Shown here in pieces: positions 39,774 to 49,605 of a DNA stretch of 64,000 nucleotides. Below the pieces are notes generated by a model. It saw only the letters and a list, made by a program, of their open reading frames with translations. It did not search any database and had not been told where the DNA came from. Positions within the stretch are counted from its first letter, which is position 1. Every line of letters starts with the position of its first letter. Position numbers and translations under genes: made by a program. The stretch lies in the NCBI GenBank assembly GCA_965216635.1, contig OZ244188.1:2330644-2394643 (forward strand). Direction: 5' to 3'. Source of the DNA: a bacterium (GTDB lineage Bacteria > SAR324 > XYD2-FULL-50-16 > G965216635).

Positions 39774-40742
39774 ATGAAAAAAATAATGTTATTAGTAGGC
39801 TTGATTTTATTATCTAGCCTTTTGTTTGGTTTTTCTCCCAAAAAACCAGAATGTATAGCTCCTGCAAATCCGGGAGGAGGTTGGGATTTTACCTGTCGTG
39901 TGCCTGCGGCACAGGTGATGAAAGAATTAAACCTGTTTAAAGGCAGAATGAAAGTAGTGAATGTAGCAGGTGCTGGTGGTGGTATTGCTTTTTCTCGCGT
40001 GGTGAATAAGAGAGCAGGCGATGAAAACCTAATTGTTGCAGCAAGTACAGCTACGGCAACTAGACTCGCTCAAAATGTCTATGCAGGTTTGAAGGCGGAT
40101 AATGTTCGCTGGTTAGGTGCTGTAGGTGGAGATTTCGGTGTTCTGGCTGTTACCAAAGATTCTAAGTACAAAAATCTCAAACAACTTGTCAAAGATCTCA
40201 AGAAAAATCCAAAATCCGTAAAATTTGCAGGTGGAAGTGCCTCTGGTGGCTGGGATCACCTGAAAGTTTTACTTTTGGCTCAAAAAGCACGTATGAAAAA
40301 CCTGAGATCTATCAGCTATACCGCTTTTGATGGAGGAGCAGGGGCTTTATTAGAACTTATAGGAAAAAGAGTAGAAGTTTTTACTGGAGATACCTCTGAA
40401 GTTTTAGCCCAATTGGATGCTGGTAATATTCGCGTGTTAGCTGTTTTTTCTCCTCAAAGGGTGGCAAGATTAGGATCCGCAAAAACTGCTAAAGAGCAAG
40501 GCTATGATGTGATAGGAGCCAACTGGAGAGCTTTTTATGCTCCTCCTGGCATCTCGGATGAAGCTTACAACTATTGGGTAGGTGCAGTCAAAAAAGTAGC
40601 AAGATCTTCTCAATGGGCAGAGTTAAGAGAAAAAAATGGATTAGCTCCTTTTGAATCTTTTGGGGACGATTTTGAGAAATTTGTTCGCGAGCAGGTTTCT
40701 ATTGTCCGCGGTATATCTCGAGATTTAGGTTTAGTTAAATAA
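39774..40742 (+). CDS. tctC: Tripartite tricarboxylate transporter substrate-binding protein
   Basis: Signal peptide; ECIAPANPGGGWDFTCR, NVAGAGG, GGGAL-like GGAGAL, NWRAFYAPP. Confidence 0.9.
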   Translation: MKKIMLLVGLILLSSLLFGFSPKKPECIAPANPGGGWDFTCRVPAAQVMKELNLFKGRMKVVNVAGAGGGIAFSRVVNKRAGDENLIVAASTATATRLAQNVYAGLKADNVRWLGAVGGDFGVLAVTKDSKYKNLKQLVKDLKKNPKSVKFAGGSASGGWDHLKVLLLAQKARMKNLRSISYTAFDGGAGALLELIGKRVEVFTGDTSEVLAQLDAGNIRVLAVFSPQRVARLGSAKTAKEQGYDVIGANWRAFYAPPGISDEAYNYWVGAVKKVARSSQWAELREKNGLAPFESFGDDFEKFVREQVSIVRGISRDLGLVK

Positions 40743-40776
40743 CCAGATCCGTTACGAAATCAGACAAGCTAAGAAT

Positions 40777-41232
40777 ATGAATGCCAATAGAATTTGTGGA
40801 ATTACTATTTTTATTTTTGGAGTTCTTTATAGCCTAAAAGCCTATTTTATTCCAGCGAGTCTTTATACAGAAGTATTAGGAGCTCGCACTTTTCCTTTAT
40901 TTATTGGTATTTTGTTGTCCTTTACAGGGTTGGTTTTGATTATTCAAAACCAACCTTCTAAAATTTTTTGGATGCCTTTGAAAGGCTGGTTCAGTATCGC
41001 AAAACTACTAGCTAGTATTTTGTTGTATGCGTGGTTTGTAACCCGACTTGGTTTTTTAATAACAACCAGTTTCTTGGCTATGTTTTTGGCTTTTCAATTC
41101 GGGGGCAAAACCAAGACAGCCATTTTCACAGGATTGGGTGTCAGCCTTGGTCTTTATACGATTTTTGATATTTTACTGGATATTCCATTGCCTTGGGGAG
41201 AGTGGATAGCCTTATTTGTAGAAGAACAATAA
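40777..41232 (+). CDS. tctB: Tripartite tricarboxylate transporter small permease
   Basis: LGARTFP, LGF.IT, F..LLDIPLPWG; between tctC and tctA. Confidence 0.88.
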   Translation: MNANRICGITIFIFGVLYSLKAYFIPASLYTEVLGARTFPLFIGILLSFTGLVLIIQNQPSKIFWMPLKGWFSIAKLLASILLYAWFVTRLGFLITTSFLAMFLAFQFGGKTKTAIFTGLGVSLGLYTIFDILLDIPLPWGEWIALFVEEQ

Positions 41233-41235
41233 GCT

Positions 41236-42741
41236 ATGGAACCTTTATTATTACTTTGGGATGGATTTACCACTGCCTTAGAATTTCAAAATATTATTTT
41301 GGTTTTTATAGGCTGTTTGCTAGGCACTATCATAGGGATGCTACCAGGTATAGGCCCCATCAACGCTATTGCAATTTTATTTCCAATAACTTTTAGTTTA
41401 GGTTTATCTCCGACTGCTTCTTTAATTACCTTCGCTGGTATTTATTACGGTTCACAATACGGAAACTCCATTTCTAGCATTTTACTCAATATACCCGGCA
41501 CTTCTTCGGCTGCAGTTACTGCTATTGATGGTCATGCAATGGCAAAAAAAGGCAGAGCAGGTCCAGCTCTTGCGATGTCGGCGATTGCTTCTTTTATAGG
41601 CGGTTTAACTTCTATATTTTTTTTGATTTTCTTCGCCACGGCTCTTGCTAAATTTGCTATAAAATTTGGTCCTGCTGAATATTTTATACTACTCATATTT
41701 GCTTTTTCTGCTTTATCTAGTTTTACTGCCAAAAGTTTAACCAAAGCTTGGATCGCAGCTATCCTAGGAGTGTTATTAGCCACAGTGGGTATTGACCCAC
41801 AAAGCGGAATTGCAAGGTTTAGCTTTGGTTCCTTGTATTTAGTAGATGGCTTTAATTTTGTTGTTGTCACCATCGGTTTTTTCGCTATTAGCGAGTTACT
41901 ATTTTTAATAGAAAAACAATTTTCAAAAGAAAAACAGGTTAGTATTCTTAAAATTGATCGGTTTTTTATTAGTATAAAAGAATTCACTTCTTCTTTTTGG
42001 ACTATTATCCGCTCCAATGTTATTGGTTTTCTCATCGGAGTTTTGCCTGGAGCTGGAGGAACTATAGCAAGTTTTGTAGCTTATAACACAGAAAAAAAAA
42101 TAGTAGACAAAGAAAATACTTTTGGTAGTGGTGATATTAGAGGCGTTGCCGCACCTGAATCGGCGAATAACTCGGCTTCAGTAGGATCTTTTATTCCATT
42201 ACTAATACTAGGAGTACCTGGCAGCGAAACTACGGCTGTTATTCTAGCTTCACTCATCTCACTAGGCATTACACCAGGTCCTTTATTTTTACAAAATTCG
42301 CCTGAAATTTTTTGGGGAGTTGCAGCTTCTATGTTTGTAGGCAATATTTTTTTGCTTATTTTGAATCTTCCTTTGGTTAAATATTTTGCCAAAATCTTAC
42401 TCATTCCAAAAGCTGTTTTAATGCCTGCTATTGGAGTACTTAGTGTCGTTGGAGTCTATTCCGTTAGTAACAATGCTTCTGATATTTTGTTTATGGTTAT
42501 TTTTGGATTTCTTGGCTATTTGATGAGAAAATTAGATTTTCCTCTAGCCTCCCTTATTCTAGGTTTAGTTCTGGGAAATTTACTAGAAAATAATTTGCGA
42601 AGATCTATGGCGTATAGCGACGGAAGTTTAGCAATATTTTTTCAAAGCCCTATTTCTATTTCACTTTGGATTTTGACTTTAGGAAGTTTCTTTATTCCTT
42701 ATCTTATCAAAAGACTCAAAAGAAAAGTTAAAAAACGATAG
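41236..42741 (+). CDS. tctA: Tripartite tricarboxylate transporter large permease
   Basis: GMLPGIGP, ILLNIPG, GVAAPESANN, LGVPGS, G.TPGP. Confidence 0.95.
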   Translation: MEPLLLLWDGFTTALEFQNIILVFIGCLLGTIIGMLPGIGPINAIAILFPITFSLGLSPTASLITFAGIYYGSQYGNSISSILLNIPGTSSAAVTAIDGHAMAKKGRAGPALAMSAIASFIGGLTSIFFLIFFATALAKFAIKFGPAEYFILLIFAFSALSSFTAKSLTKAWIAAILGVLLATVGIDPQSGIARFSFGSLYLVDGFNFVVVTIGFFAISELLFLIEKQFSKEKQVSILKIDRFFISIKEFTSSFWTIIRSNVIGFLIGVLPGAGGTIASFVAYNTEKKIVDKENTFGSGDIRGVAAPESANNSASVGSFIPLLILGVPGSETTAVILASLISLGITPGPLFLQNSPEIFWGVAASMFVGNIFLLILNLPLVKYFAKILLIPKAVLMPAIGVLSVVGVYSVSNNASDILFMVIFGFLGYLMRKLDFPLASLILGLVLGNLLENNLRRSMAYSDGSLAIFFQSPISISLWILTLGSFFIPYLIKRLKRKVKKR

Positions 42742-42931
42742 AAACCTCCGCTAAAAAACAACGAAGAATATTCCCCATTTTTTTAAGTTTTGTTGTTTTT
42801 ATAATGTGCATAAACCTTTTCAATACCTGCCTTTAAAAACGATAGAAACCTCCGCTAAAAAACAACGAAGAATATTCCCCATTTTTTTAAGTTTTGTTGT
42901 TTTTATAATGTGCATAAACCTTTTCAATACC
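42731..42931. repeat. 104-bp-period tandem duplication of the tctA/fcl convergent junction
   Basis: aaaaacgatagaaacctccg...ttttcaatacct at 42731..42828 and again from 42835. Confidence 0.9.
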
Positions 42932-43936
42932 TTCCTTTAAAGAAGTTTTGTGTTGCCAACCTAGTTTGTTGATTTTTTCTGTGTTTGTCACTTTTTTCAT
43001 CGTGCCATCTGGCATAGCAGAATTAAAAACAAGTTCTCCACGGAAACCTATAATATTTTTAATTAACTCTGCCAATTCTTTTATGGAAATCGTTTTTCCA
43101 GCCCCTATATTGAAATGAGTATTTCTTATTTCTTTGTCACTTTCTACAAGCATTTTGAAATCTATATTCTCCATCAAAAACACACAAGCATCGGCTAAAT
43201 CTTCAGCGTATACAAATTCCCTTTCTGGTTTCCCTGTTCCCCATATTTCTACTGAACTAGCAGAAATGCCAAACCTTTTAAGATAAATGTCCACTTCTGT
43301 TTTACTTTCCATTCTTAAATCAGCAGAAACTTCTGCAAATTTATTTTCACTGAGTAGTTTAGCTAGGTGAATTTTACGAATTAAAGCGGAAAGAACATGC
43401 GATTTTTCTAAATCAAAGTTGTCGCCAATTCCATACAGATTAGCTGGCATAGCACAGATAAAATTACACCCGTATTGTAGATTGTAGGCTTCGCACATTT
43501 TCATACCCGCTATTTTAGCGATAGCATAAGGCTCATTTGTATATTCCAGTGGAGATGTTAATAGGCTATCTTCGGACATAGGTTGGGGAGCATTTTTGGG
43601 ATAAACACAGCTACTACCCAAAAACAGCAATTTTTTCACTCCACTCAAGTAAGAGTGATGAATAATATTGGTTTGAATTTGTATGTTTTTATAGATAAAC
43701 TCTGCACGATAAGTATTGTTAGCTACGATTCCACCAACTTTTGCAGCAGCTAAAATCACATAATCAGGTTTTTTTTGTTGAAAAAAATCAGCAGTTTGGC
43801 TTTGATTTTCTAAATCTAGTTCAAGGTGAGTTCTTAAAATAATGTTGTGATATCCCTTATTTTGCAGTTGCTTTAAAATATTACTACCTACCAATCCTCT
43901 ATGTCCTGCTAGAAAAATTTTTCCCTGTTTGTCCAC
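42887..43936 (-). CDS. fcl: GDP-L-fucose synthase
   Basis: AGHRGLVG, AAAKVGGIVAN, LGSSCVYP, YAIAK, NLYG, SHVL.ALIRK, WGTGKP.REF. Confidence 0.95.
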   Translation of the reverse strand: MDKQGKIFLAGHRGLVGSNILKQLQNKGYHNIILRTHLELDLENQSQTADFFQQKKPDYVILAAAKVGGIVANNTYRAEFIYKNIQIQTNIIHHSYLSGVKKLLFLGSSCVYPKNAPQPMSEDSLLTSPLEYTNEPYAIAKIAGMKMCEAYNLQYGCNFICAMPANLYGIGDNFDLEKSHVLSALIRKIHLAKLLSENKFAEVSADLRMESKTEVDIYLKRFGISASSVEIWGTGKPEREFVYAEDLADACVFLMENIDFKMLVESDKEIRNTHFNIGAGKTISIKELAELIKNIIGFRGELVFNSAMPDGTMKKVTNTEKINKLGWQHKTSLKEGIEKVYAHYKNNKT

Positions 43937-43944
43937 AATAAAAG

Positions 43945-46068
43945 TTAGATGGTTTTAAGAATAACTGACTGCTCTTTTTGTTGTTCTAAAATTTTTATTT
44001 TTTGAAAGCAGTTAATTTTGAGTTCGTCATTATCTCCAAATCCACTGTCTAAGAGGATGATTTTTGCAGGCTCTTTTTTAAAAAGCTCTTCTATCCATTC
44101 TAAACTTACCTTTTCCAAAAAAATATAAAGATTATGTTCAGCTACAAAATACACTTTTTTACCTGCAATAGTTTCCACAGTGATTTTTGCGCTCAGCAAA
44201 ATCCCTTCTTTGAGTAAAATTTCAAAAAGTATGTCTAAATCCTTGCTATCTTTTTTGATTGGATTGGCTTGCGTCTCTAATGCCTGTTGTAAATTTTTAA
44301 GTTGTCTGTTCTCTAATTGTTGGGGGTCGGATTGCCATTCTTCAAAGTTGGAACTAGTGAGGCGAAACGATTGAAATGCTAAATCCAAATTTTCCGCTCG
44401 TTCTTGTAGAGTAAAAATTTCTTGAGAGTGTTTTTCTATCTCTGCGGTGATTTCTTGGCTTTTTTCTTCGTTTGCTTTTGCATTTTTTTCTTTTAACTTT
44501 TCTATTTTTTGCTTGAGGTTGGTGATTTTATCTTTTAAATCCTGTCTGATTTTTGAGGAGGCACGACGAATACGCTCTTTCCCTATTTCTGCAATATTTG
44601 GAAAGCCTGCTTGAAAAGCCTCGCTATCTGGATTGCAAGGCTCGGGAAGTTGCACCATAATAAACTTACGCTTGCCGCCGTCTTCGGCGTTGAGTTGCAT
44701 CACAGCGTCTGCGGTAGTACAAGAACCCGCAAAAAAATCTAGGACAATATCGTTTTTATTTGTGCCAATGAAAGTGATTTTTTTTAACAAACTGATTGGC
44801 TTTGAATATTCAAATATTTTTCTATCAAAAATTTTGGATAAATCTTTTTTAGAATTATCATTAGAGAATTTATTTTCTATTAGTTCTAATGTTGAAAGTA
44901 CTTTCGTTCTTTCTCTTTCAACTATTTTATAGCCATTATCTGTTTTTTCAATTACTGCATTTAAATAGGTTTTTGTATAAATTCTTTTACCTGTTGAACT
45001 TTCTTTAATTATAATGAAATCATTTTTTCTACCAAAATCAAATAATTTTTTTGACCACCTCCAACAGAAATCACTCTTTGGATTTCTTTTTTTTCGTTCT
45101 TCCATTTCTTCTTTTGTTACACCTCCAGCTCTAAAAATATAATCATCAATTATTATTTCATAATCTAGAGATGAAGAATATTGAATTGAACTATAGTCAA
45201 GGGTCTGGCTAAGTTTATATTTACCTCTTGTTTTTTCATAAATATCAGAATGGCTATATTTTTCATCAATCACTATTTCTCCTTGCAAAGAAATTGTCTT
45301 TGATTTTCTATAACAAATTAGATAGTCATTGTTTTTTGCAATTAAATCAGTAGTTTTACCTGCCTTCTTTGTAATTCTTGGAAATATCGCTATAAAATTA
45401 TCCTCGCCAAAAATCTGGTCGCAGATTTTTTTGAGATTTGCCTGCTCGTTGTCGTCAATACTAATAAAAATCACACCGTCCTCAGTGAGCAGGTTTCTAG
45501 CCAAAAACAAGCGAGGGTAGATCATACTTAACCAGTTGGAGTGATAACGCCCCTCTTGCTCTGTATTAGTAGAAAATTTTTTGCCGTTCTCGTCTAGTTG
45601 TCCGCTGTATTCTAGGTAGGTTTTTAAGTTATCCTTGTGGTTGTCGGGGTAAATAAATTCTTTTCCAGTGTTGTAAGGCGGGTCAATATAAATCATTTTA
45701 ACCTTGCCAAAATAACTTTCCTGCAATAGTTTCAAAACTTCCAAATTATCGCCTTCAATAAAAAGATTTTCGCTTGCGTCGTCTAAAAACTTTTGAGCCT
45801 TTTTTCCTTCTAAACTTGGTTTTAAAGTGGCATTGCTTCTTTCTTGGATTGTTTGATAACAGTCTGTTTTGCCCGACCACTGCAAACCAAATCTTTCTTG
45901 CGGACCACCTACAGATTCTCCGAATGTCTTTTTAAGTTCCTCAAAATTAATCTTATCTTCTTCAAATGCTTCAGGAAATAGCTGTTTGAGTTGCTGCTTT
46001 TTCTCTGCGATTAAATCCTTAGATTGCAAGGAAACTCTAGGCATTACTATTTCTTTATCCTTTTTCAT
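43945..46068 (-). CDS. mod: Type III restriction-modification methyltransferase
   Basis: IEGDNLEVLK, IYIDPPYNTG, HSNWLSMIYPRL, IFISIDDNE, LDFFAGSCTTA, FIMVQLPE. Confidence 0.93.
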   Translation of the reverse strand: MKKDKEIVMPRVSLQSKDLIAEKKQQLKQLFPEAFEEDKINFEELKKTFGESVGGPQERFGLQWSGKTDCYQTIQERSNATLKPSLEGKKAQKFLDDASENLFIEGDNLEVLKLLQESYFGKVKMIYIDPPYNTGKEFIYPDNHKDNLKTYLEYSGQLDENGKKFSTNTEQEGRYHSNWLSMIYPRLFLARNLLTEDGVIFISIDDNEQANLKKICDQIFGEDNFIAIFPRITKKAGKTTDLIAKNNDYLICYRKSKTISLQGEIVIDEKYSHSDIYEKTRGKYKLSQTLDYSSIQYSSSLDYEIIIDDYIFRAGGVTKEEMEERKKRNPKSDFCWRWSKKLFDFGRKNDFIIIKESSTGKRIYTKTYLNAVIEKTDNGYKIVERERTKVLSTLELIENKFSNDNSKKDLSKIFDRKIFEYSKPISLLKKITFIGTNKNDIVLDFFAGSCTTADAVMQLNAEDGGKRKFIMVQLPEPCNPDSEAFQAGFPNIAEIGKERIRRASSKIRQDLKDKITNLKQKIEKLKEKNAKANEEKSQEITAEIEKHSQEIFTLQERAENLDLAFQSFRLTSSNFEEWQSDPQQLENRQLKNLQQALETQANPIKKDSKDLDILFEILLKEGILLSAKITVETIAGKKVYFVAEHNLYIFLEKVSLEWIEELFKKEPAKIILLDSGFGDNDELKINCFQKIKILEQQKEQSVILKTI

Positions 46069-46079
46069 TTTATTAGTTT

Positions 46080-47360
46080 TTACTCATAAGAAATTGATTT
46101 GTAATCAAAAAAAAATCTTTTTTTTTTGCTAAAATAATTTTGGGCTTTTTTAGAATCTTGGTTTATCTCTTCCTCTGAAGTGGAGAGATAAATATTTTCA
46201 ATCCTTGATTCATTGATTGCTTTAAAAATATGGTTATCATTTTCTGATAATGAACTTCCAAGAATAACCATAGAACCTTCCAATGTAGCTAATTTTTGAG
46301 AAGCAATTTTTAAATAATTACTCTCTTTTATTTGTTCTTTTTTATCTTCACTTTCAAATATACAAAGAATATCTTTATTTTCACTATCAATAATTTTTTC
46401 TAAATTTTCAAAAAATGCTTTATCAGCTGTTTGTGTTATTTTTTTTATCCCTTTGGTATCTATATATATATGAAAAGCACCGTGTAAGAAAAAAAGATTC
46501 TGATAATAATTTCCTTTAAAAACATTGCCTTGGAAACCATCGTTTATTTGTTCTAATTTTTGTTTATTATTTCTGTAATCCCACAGCAAATCAATAGCTT
46601 CTTTTATATCTTTATCTTTACAATTCCATAGTGTCTGTTTTGCATATTTTTTGATAGTCTCAGTAAAATAGTTTTTCTTAAGGTTTTTTAATGGGATTTT
46701 TTTATTTAGCTCGCCTTCTATCCCAGAAAATTCTAAACTTCCGTCTTTATAAGCTTTTTTTATTTTTGTATAGATAGAATTTTTCTCAGTATCTAAAGTT
46801 TTTTGTTTAAAGTTAAGTGTATTTTGAAAAACACCCGCAGTCAGATTATTATTTTTCTTAAACTTCATTAAAAGTAAATACAAAGAGGGATCGTAATTTA
46901 AAGTAAAATAATTGGTAAAATTTTTAAGTAGTAAATGGATTTTTTCATTTTTTTCATTATATATATATTTTATTTTTTCATTCACAATGCTATATGTTGC
47001 CTTCATAAAATCTAATTTTATCTTGTTATGAGTATATTTTTTCAAAAAATCATTGATACCTACATGATTTGTTTCAGGCTCTCTTTTATTACACTCTAGT
47101 TTCTCTTTAATTTTTCCTAAAAGCTTTTCTATATCTGACTCACATTCATTTTCAAAAAGAGATTCTAAATCTTCATAACCTCTGTATTCTTCTTTCATTT
47201 TTTTAAATATACTTTTGTAGTCAGTGGTAATAGATAATGAAAGATTGAAACCATTACCCAAAAGCAAATGATTTTCCTGTGACTCTTCTAAAACTTCAAG
47301 AAGTTTTTGATATTCAAGAAGTGTATCTTGTTTGAATTGTCCTTTATTATCTTCGCTCAT
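46080..47360 (-). CDS. DUF4917-like (SIR2/AbiH-like fold) protein
   Basis: LLLGNGF, FTLNYD..LY, INDGF, FFLHGAFH, ILGSSLSENDNHI. Confidence 0.7.
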   Translation of the reverse strand: MSEDNKGQFKQDTLLEYQKLLEVLEESQENHLLLGNGFNLSLSITTDYKSIFKKMKEEYRGYEDLESLFENECESDIEKLLGKIKEKLECNKREPETNHVGINDFLKKYTHNKIKLDFMKATYSIVNEKIKYIYNEKNEKIHLLLKNFTNYFTLNYDPSLYLLLMKFKKNNNLTAGVFQNTLNFKQKTLDTEKNSIYTKIKKAYKDGSLEFSGIEGELNKKIPLKNLKKNYFTETIKKYAKQTLWNCKDKDIKEAIDLLWDYRNNKQKLEQINDGFQGNVFKGNYYQNLFFLHGAFHIYIDTKGIKKITQTADKAFFENLEKIIDSENKDILCIFESEDKKEQIKESNYLKIASQKLATLEGSMVILGSSLSENDNHIFKAINESRIENIYLSTSEEEINQDSKKAQNYFSKKKRFFFDYKSISYE

Positions 47361-47373
47361 TTTTATTTTACTT

Positions 47374-47481
47374 TCACAGGTTTTTTACTTTTTCATAACC
47401 TACTCCAATGGCTTCGCAGTGTTTTTTATAAATTTCATTCCAAGAAGTTATAAACGCATCAGCGTCTAGGCAATAAATCAT
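47374..47481 (-). pseudogene. Chimeric remnant: PIN/DUF4411-like N-terminus fused to a copy of the res C-terminus
   Basis: Hand translation MIYCLDADAFITSWNEIY-KKHCEAIGVGYEKVKNL; ATGA-coupled to XRE-IrrE; res ends KKHCEAIGVAYEKVEKL. Confidence 0.75.
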
Positions 47482-48596
47482 AATAAATCTCCAATGTCTA
47501 AGGCTACCTGTGCTCTTTTTATATCAAACAATTTGCACAGCTTGTGTAACCCAATTTGATTCTCGTGGTATACTTGCCACACAGCGTGTGAATAAGTTTT
47601 TCCAAACTGATAAAGCACTTCTTTTGGGCGATTTCTTCTAATACTGGTTTTTTTTTCTTTCAGTTCTTTTTTTAATCTAGCTATTTCTTTTTTTATCTCA
47701 ATTTCTAACTCTTCGTATTTATTTTGTGATATTTTATCTAGTTGCCGCAAGCGAACAGCAAAAGCATAGGGACTTGCTTTTATTTTTTTCGCTAAAGGTT
47801 TTATATCTGCTAGGCTTTCAAAAGATTTATTTTTTATCAATTCCGCAATTTCACTCTCAGGCATAAGAACATTACCTGCAAATCTATCGCACCATTTCTC
47901 TTCTTTGTTATCTTTTTTCGCGTAGTCTAAAGTATCTTTCTTAGCTAGTAAGTGTCCTAGCTCGTGGTATAAGGAAAAAGATTGCGCTTTTTTGGTATCG
48001 GAGTCGTTAATAATAATAATAGGCAAAAGCTCTTTATAAATGGCGAGACCTCTAAAATCTTCTACAGCAAAACGAGACCAACCTGGATATTTGCTGGTCA
48101 TGAACACAAAAATACCTTTGGCTTCTAGTTTTTCTCTAATTTGAGTGGTATCTAAATATTGATTAGTAGCTATGCCCAACCAGTTACGAACTTCTTGAGC
48201 CATTTTTACAGGGTCTTGGCTATACGGGATTGCTTGATAAGGCTCTACTACTTCCTCTAGGTCTTCTCTAAAATCTAGGATGAGTTGTCTCATTCTTTCT
48301 ACTTCAACTATCAATTTACGCACTTTATATTCTTCTATACCCTTTTGTCCTTGTAAGGAACGAAAAGCAGGGTGCGTTTTGAATTGAAATTGTTTTGGTA
48401 GCTCATTACAAATAAATACCCAATCGGGAACATTGTAGTAATCTGCGATAGCTCTTAACTGCTTATAGGTCGGTCGTTTTTCTCCCGCCTCTATTTCTTT
48501 GATAGAAGGAATTTTTTTTTTTGCTTCTTCTATATCCAATGCCATCTGCTTTCGGCATTGTTTTAAGATAGCGGTGTTGATATTGTTAACTTGCAT
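47478..48596 (-). CDS. XRE-HTH / ImmA-IrrE metallopeptidase fusion
   Basis: IEAGEKRPTYKQLRAIA..Y, FRSL, IIINDSD..AQSFSLYHELGHL, EKWCDRFAGNVLMP; ATG at 48596 preferred. Confidence 0.9.
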   Translation of the reverse strand: MQVNNINTAILKQCRKQMALDIEEAKKKIPSIKEIEAGEKRPTYKQLRAIADYYNVPDWVFICNELPKQFQFKTHPAFRSLQGQKGIEEYKVRKLIVEVERMRQLILDFREDLEEVVEPYQAIPYSQDPVKMAQEVRNWLGIATNQYLDTTQIREKLEAKGIFVFMTSKYPGWSRFAVEDFRGLAIYKELLPIIIINDSDTKKAQSFSLYHELGHLLAKKDTLDYAKKDNKEEKWCDRFAGNVLMPESEIAELIKNKSFESLADIKPLAKKIKASPYAFAVRLRQLDKISQNKYEELEIEIKKEIARLKKELKEKKTSIRRNRPKEVLYQFGKTYSHAVWQVYHENQIGLHKLCKLFDIKRAQVALDIGDLL

Positions 48597-48706
48597 TTTG
48601 ATATTTTCTAGTCCATTGTCTTTAAAATGATAAACCAATTTGATAAAATTTGACAATAGGTTTGTTTTAGATTAAACTTTATTTTTTACTAAAATTACAC
48701 AAAATT

Positions 48707-49114
48707 ATGAAAAATTATCACATCTTTATTAGTCATTCGTGGTCGTATAAAAGCCATTATTATAATTTGACTACTTTGTTGAAACAAGCTGGCTATTTTG
48801 ATTTTTTGGATTTTTCTATTCCAGTGGATGATCCGGTGCATACTGGTTCAGATAGAGAACTATCTGCTGCAATTCACAACAAGATGCAATCTTGCGGTAT
48901 TGTAATAGTATTAGCTGGTGTTTATGCTAGTTATAGCAAATGGATAGACAAAGAAATTAAAATAGCAAAAAGTGGTTTTGATAGACCAAAATCTATTTTG
49001 GGCATAAAACCCTATAATACTGTTTCTATTTCTACAGTAGTTAAAGATGCTGCTAGTGAAATAGTACAGTGGAATACAGATAGCATTGTTGCTGCAATTA
49101 GGAGATTGGGATAA
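48707..49114 (+). CDS. TIR-domain protein, Thoeris ThsB/DUF1863-like
   Basis: IFISHSW, DFSIP..DP, IVIVLAG.YASYSKWIDKEI (putative catalytic Glu), WNTDSIVAAI. Confidence 0.88.
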   Translation: MKNYHIFISHSWSYKSHYYNLTTLLKQAGYFDFLDFSIPVDDPVHTGSDRELSAAIHNKMQSCGIVIVLAGVYASYSKWIDKEIKIAKSGFDRPKSILGIKPYNTVSISTVVKDAASEIVQWNTDSIVAAIRRLG

Positions 49115-49572
49115 TGGAGAAATCACAAGAAAAAAATGAAATTTTAGAGTTATATAAACTCCACAGTGAGTTTGCTGACCGTGTTAGCCAAAGACGAGAT
49201 TCTGCAAATAAACTTTATGTAAGTTTATTGACGAGTATTTTGTTTTTTATTGCGGTTTTTATTCGTTTTAATACTAGAGAAATTCCTATTGGGGCAATTA
49301 TTTGCGTTGGCAGTTTATTAGGCATTGCTCTAGCCTGTTCGTGGTTTATCATTATTCGCTCCTACAGGCAGTTGAATACAGGAAAATTTGCCGCCTTAGA
49401 CGAACTAGAAAGCAAACTTGTCTACCCTTTTTTTCGTAGAGAATGGGAAATTTTGGGAGAAGGAAAAAACAGAAAAAAATATTGGAAATTAACTGTTGTA
49501 GAAACCTTTTTGCCTTTGATTTTTATCATTCTTTTTTTAGCCATTGCGCTCATCTCTTTATTTTGTTTGTAG
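49114..49572 (+). CDS. Small membrane protein, candidate oligomeric pore effector (RipA/8xMP-like by recall)
   Basis: TAATG coupling to the TIR gene; LYK...ADRVSQRR..AN..Y, two TM helices, W..IIRSYRQLN..KF..L.ELE..L, third hydrophobic helix at the C-terminus. Confidence 0.75.
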   Translation: MEKSQEKNEILELYKLHSEFADRVSQRRDSANKLYVSLLTSILFFIAVFIRFNTREIPIGAIICVGSLLGIALACSWFIIIRSYRQLNTGKFAALDELESKLVYPFFRREWEILGEGKNRKKYWKLTVVETFLPLIFIILFLAIALISLFCL

Positions 49573-49605
49573 GCAAAGAGTTATTACTTTTCATTTACAA
49601 GGTTT

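Noticed and set aside
41532..42404. Antisense ORFs within tctA (also within acrB, lnt, mod, lysC and others)
   Set aside because: Fully overlap confident genes on the opposite strand
43945..46068. Phase-variable mod (phasevarion)
   Set aside because: No simple-sequence repeat tract seen in the gene; frame is intact
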